Both the position numbers and the translations under genes were made by a program. The notes beneath the pieces were generated by a model, which saw nothing but the letters and a program-made list of their open reading frames with translations, was not told the origin of the DNA and made no database searches. Source: Lama guanicoe (Eukaryota). From it: a DNA stretch of 64,000 bases. The stretch spans positions 186,001 to 250,000 of the forward strand of contig MU054001.1 of assembly GCA_013239625.1 (NCBI GenBank), given 5' to 3'. Below, in pieces: positions 62,148-64,000 of this stretch (the first letter of the stretch is position 1; the number at the start of each line of letters is the position of its first letter).

Positions 62148-62305
62148 GGGTGGAGGGTAGATCTCAGTGGTAGAGCACATGCTTAGCATGCATGAGGTCC
62201 TAGGTTCAATCCCCAGAGCCTCTGCTAAAATAAGTAAATAAAAAAAACCTAGTTACCTTCCCCCTCAAAAATTTTTAACAAGTCTAAAAAAGAAAGAAAA
62301 AGAAA
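62148..62305 (+). mobile_element. tRNA-Ala-derived SINE (Vic-1-like), long-tail form
   Basis: ggagggtagatctcagtggtagagcacatgcttagcatgcatgaggtcctaggttcaatcccc...acctagttaccttcccc plus A-rich tail. Confidence 0.9.
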
Positions 62306-62739
62306 GCATGTGTTAAAAATAATTGTTTAAGTATAGCAGAGAAGCAGGATATCTGAGTTTAATTCCAGGTCTCTGTGGCTGGAGGCCAGGCCTCTCACAT
62401 CTCAGTTTTATCATCTTTGAAATGGGTACAACCATCTTTGCTCTGTTTGCATCCCACTGTTGTTGTGAGGCTAAAATAAAAGAACAGACACAACACTGTG
62501 AACTGACTATGCTTCAACTAGAAAAGAAAAAAAAGAAAAAGAAAGAAAATGCATTTATCTTAATGGTTAAAAAAAAAAGAACAGATCTAAAAGGAAGGGC
62601 ATGATACACAATTACTCAGCTTCTATCTAAATAAGTATTTCTGAAGGGCTTGATGCTGGCCCTGCACCAACTGCTGTGCTGAAGACAGGGATGCTCTGAA
62701 CAGTGTCTTCCAGGATAAGGTAAGGCTAACCCCAGCCTT

Positions 62740-62980
62740 GTAATAAACTTACCATGTGTTGAGTAACTTGCTCTAGAGCTGGCATGATTCCCAGCACTTT
62801 GCAGGTTTATAACTCATTTTATCCTCATAACAAACCCCTAGGACAGCGTTATTTCCCTCTTCATTTATGGCTGGGGACCCTGAGACTCAGAGAGGGGAGG
62901 TGATTTGCCAAAAGTCACACAGCTCATCAGGGGCAGAGCTGAGATTCAAACCCAGGCACTCTAATACTTCTCTACCAGCT
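62740..62980 (-). mobile_element. MIR
   Basis: tgagactcagagaggggaggtgatttgccaaaagtcacacagct...gagattcaaacccaggca. Confidence 0.9.
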
Positions 62981-63289
62981 ATTTGTTCTTAGATGAGCTG
63001 CGTGCCTTCTCTGGATCTTTGGCTTCCCTTTCTCAAGATGAGCAAGTCATTTTCCCCTGATGCTCCTTGGATCCTGGAGGGCCTCAAGGCTGGAGGGAAG
63101 GAGTGAAGAAGAGATTTTAGCAGAGGTAGGGTGGGGGGAAGGCCCTCAGGGTTAGGGCTGTATTTCAATAAAAACAGAAAAACATTTTATCAAACCATTA
63201 GTATTTTCATATACAGCTCCATTCCTAGTGTGGATATTTACAATGATCCTCCCCAATTCAAGGTCAGATAAAAAGCTCTCAATTGTCTG

Positions 63290-63565
63290 GTCTATTTCTT
63301 GTATTATTTTAGTTTTCCATTTATGTCTTTAATTGGACTGAATTCATCTGGGCATAGAGAGTGAGGTGAGGCTTTAACCTTGTATGTTCTAAATAGTTCA
63401 TCAATTTCCTTGGCACAATTTCATTAAATCATTATTAATTTCCTCACTTATTGGAAATACCTCCTTTATCAAACAAATGGATATGTAACTTTGAATTTGT
63501 TTCTGAACTTCCTCTTAACATGGACATCTGTCTACTCATGTTGCAATACCACAATGGCTGTTGCT
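63290..63565 (-). mobile_element. Old L1 ORF2-region fragment
   Basis: ttccatttatgtctttaattggactgaattcat...gtgaggtgagg...caataccaca. Confidence 0.55.
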
Positions 63566-64000
63566 GGTGGATTAAAATAAATCAATACCCAATGACTGCA
63601 CAATCATATCTCAGATTGAGAACTTTGGATGTGAGGTCAAAGACAACATGGACCCATTACCATCAGGCCTTTACCTGCCTGGGCAGCCTTCCATCAGAAA
63701 AGTGCAGGGGTATATCAAGGCTCTGATTGGAAACATTGTGTTTGCCAATTAGTCATTTCACATATTGTCCACATGGTTGGTGGGAAGTCTTGGCAACCAT
63801 TTTTGAATATTTGTAAAAGATAAGGACAAACAAGTCGGTTAGTTGAAGTATGGAGACTATAGTGAGCTTTCCTGGTTTCCTAGAGCCTACAGAGGCTCTT
63901 AGAGACGGCTTTTTTCCATGCGCAGTCAGTGTCAGCCCATGATATAGATTTAGGCAGAGGAAGCCACTTCAGTATGTGGAAAAGTCCACTTGGTGAAGGA

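Noticed and set aside
1..64000. CRISPR array, operon, intact transposase/reverse transcriptase or proviral ORFs
   Set aside because: Sequence is mammalian; no regularly spaced repeats, and all mobile elements are truncated, decayed or non-autonomous

Overview
Mammalian non-coding DNA, most likely from a camelid (camel, alpaca or llama). The evidence is five copies of a tRNA-Ala(AGC)-derived SINE matching the camelid Vic-1 family, artiodactyl-type L1 3' ends, and no recognisable Alu, B1, Bov-A or PRE-1. I find no supportable protein-coding gene, true tRNA/rRNA gene or CRISPR array; the ORF track is explained by repeats, microsatellites and chance. The window reads as gene desert or a very large intron. 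Ancient repeats (MIR, L2, hAT MERs, MaLR/ERVL LTRs, old L1) alternate with repeat-poor, AT/TAAT-rich blocks that resemble conserved developmental enhancers. The most notable items are an orphan CpG island (~18.8-19.4 kb), two same-strand CTCF motifs (~0.9-1.0 kb), PBX-HOX/MEIS, GATA and HNF1 motif clusters, nested transposon stacks with readable target-site duplications (TSDs), two candidate L1 3' transductions and a complete palindromic MER53. I cannot identify the locus and found no evidence for a new biological system. Repeat subfamily names come from recalled consensus sequences, and old-repeat boundaries are approximate.
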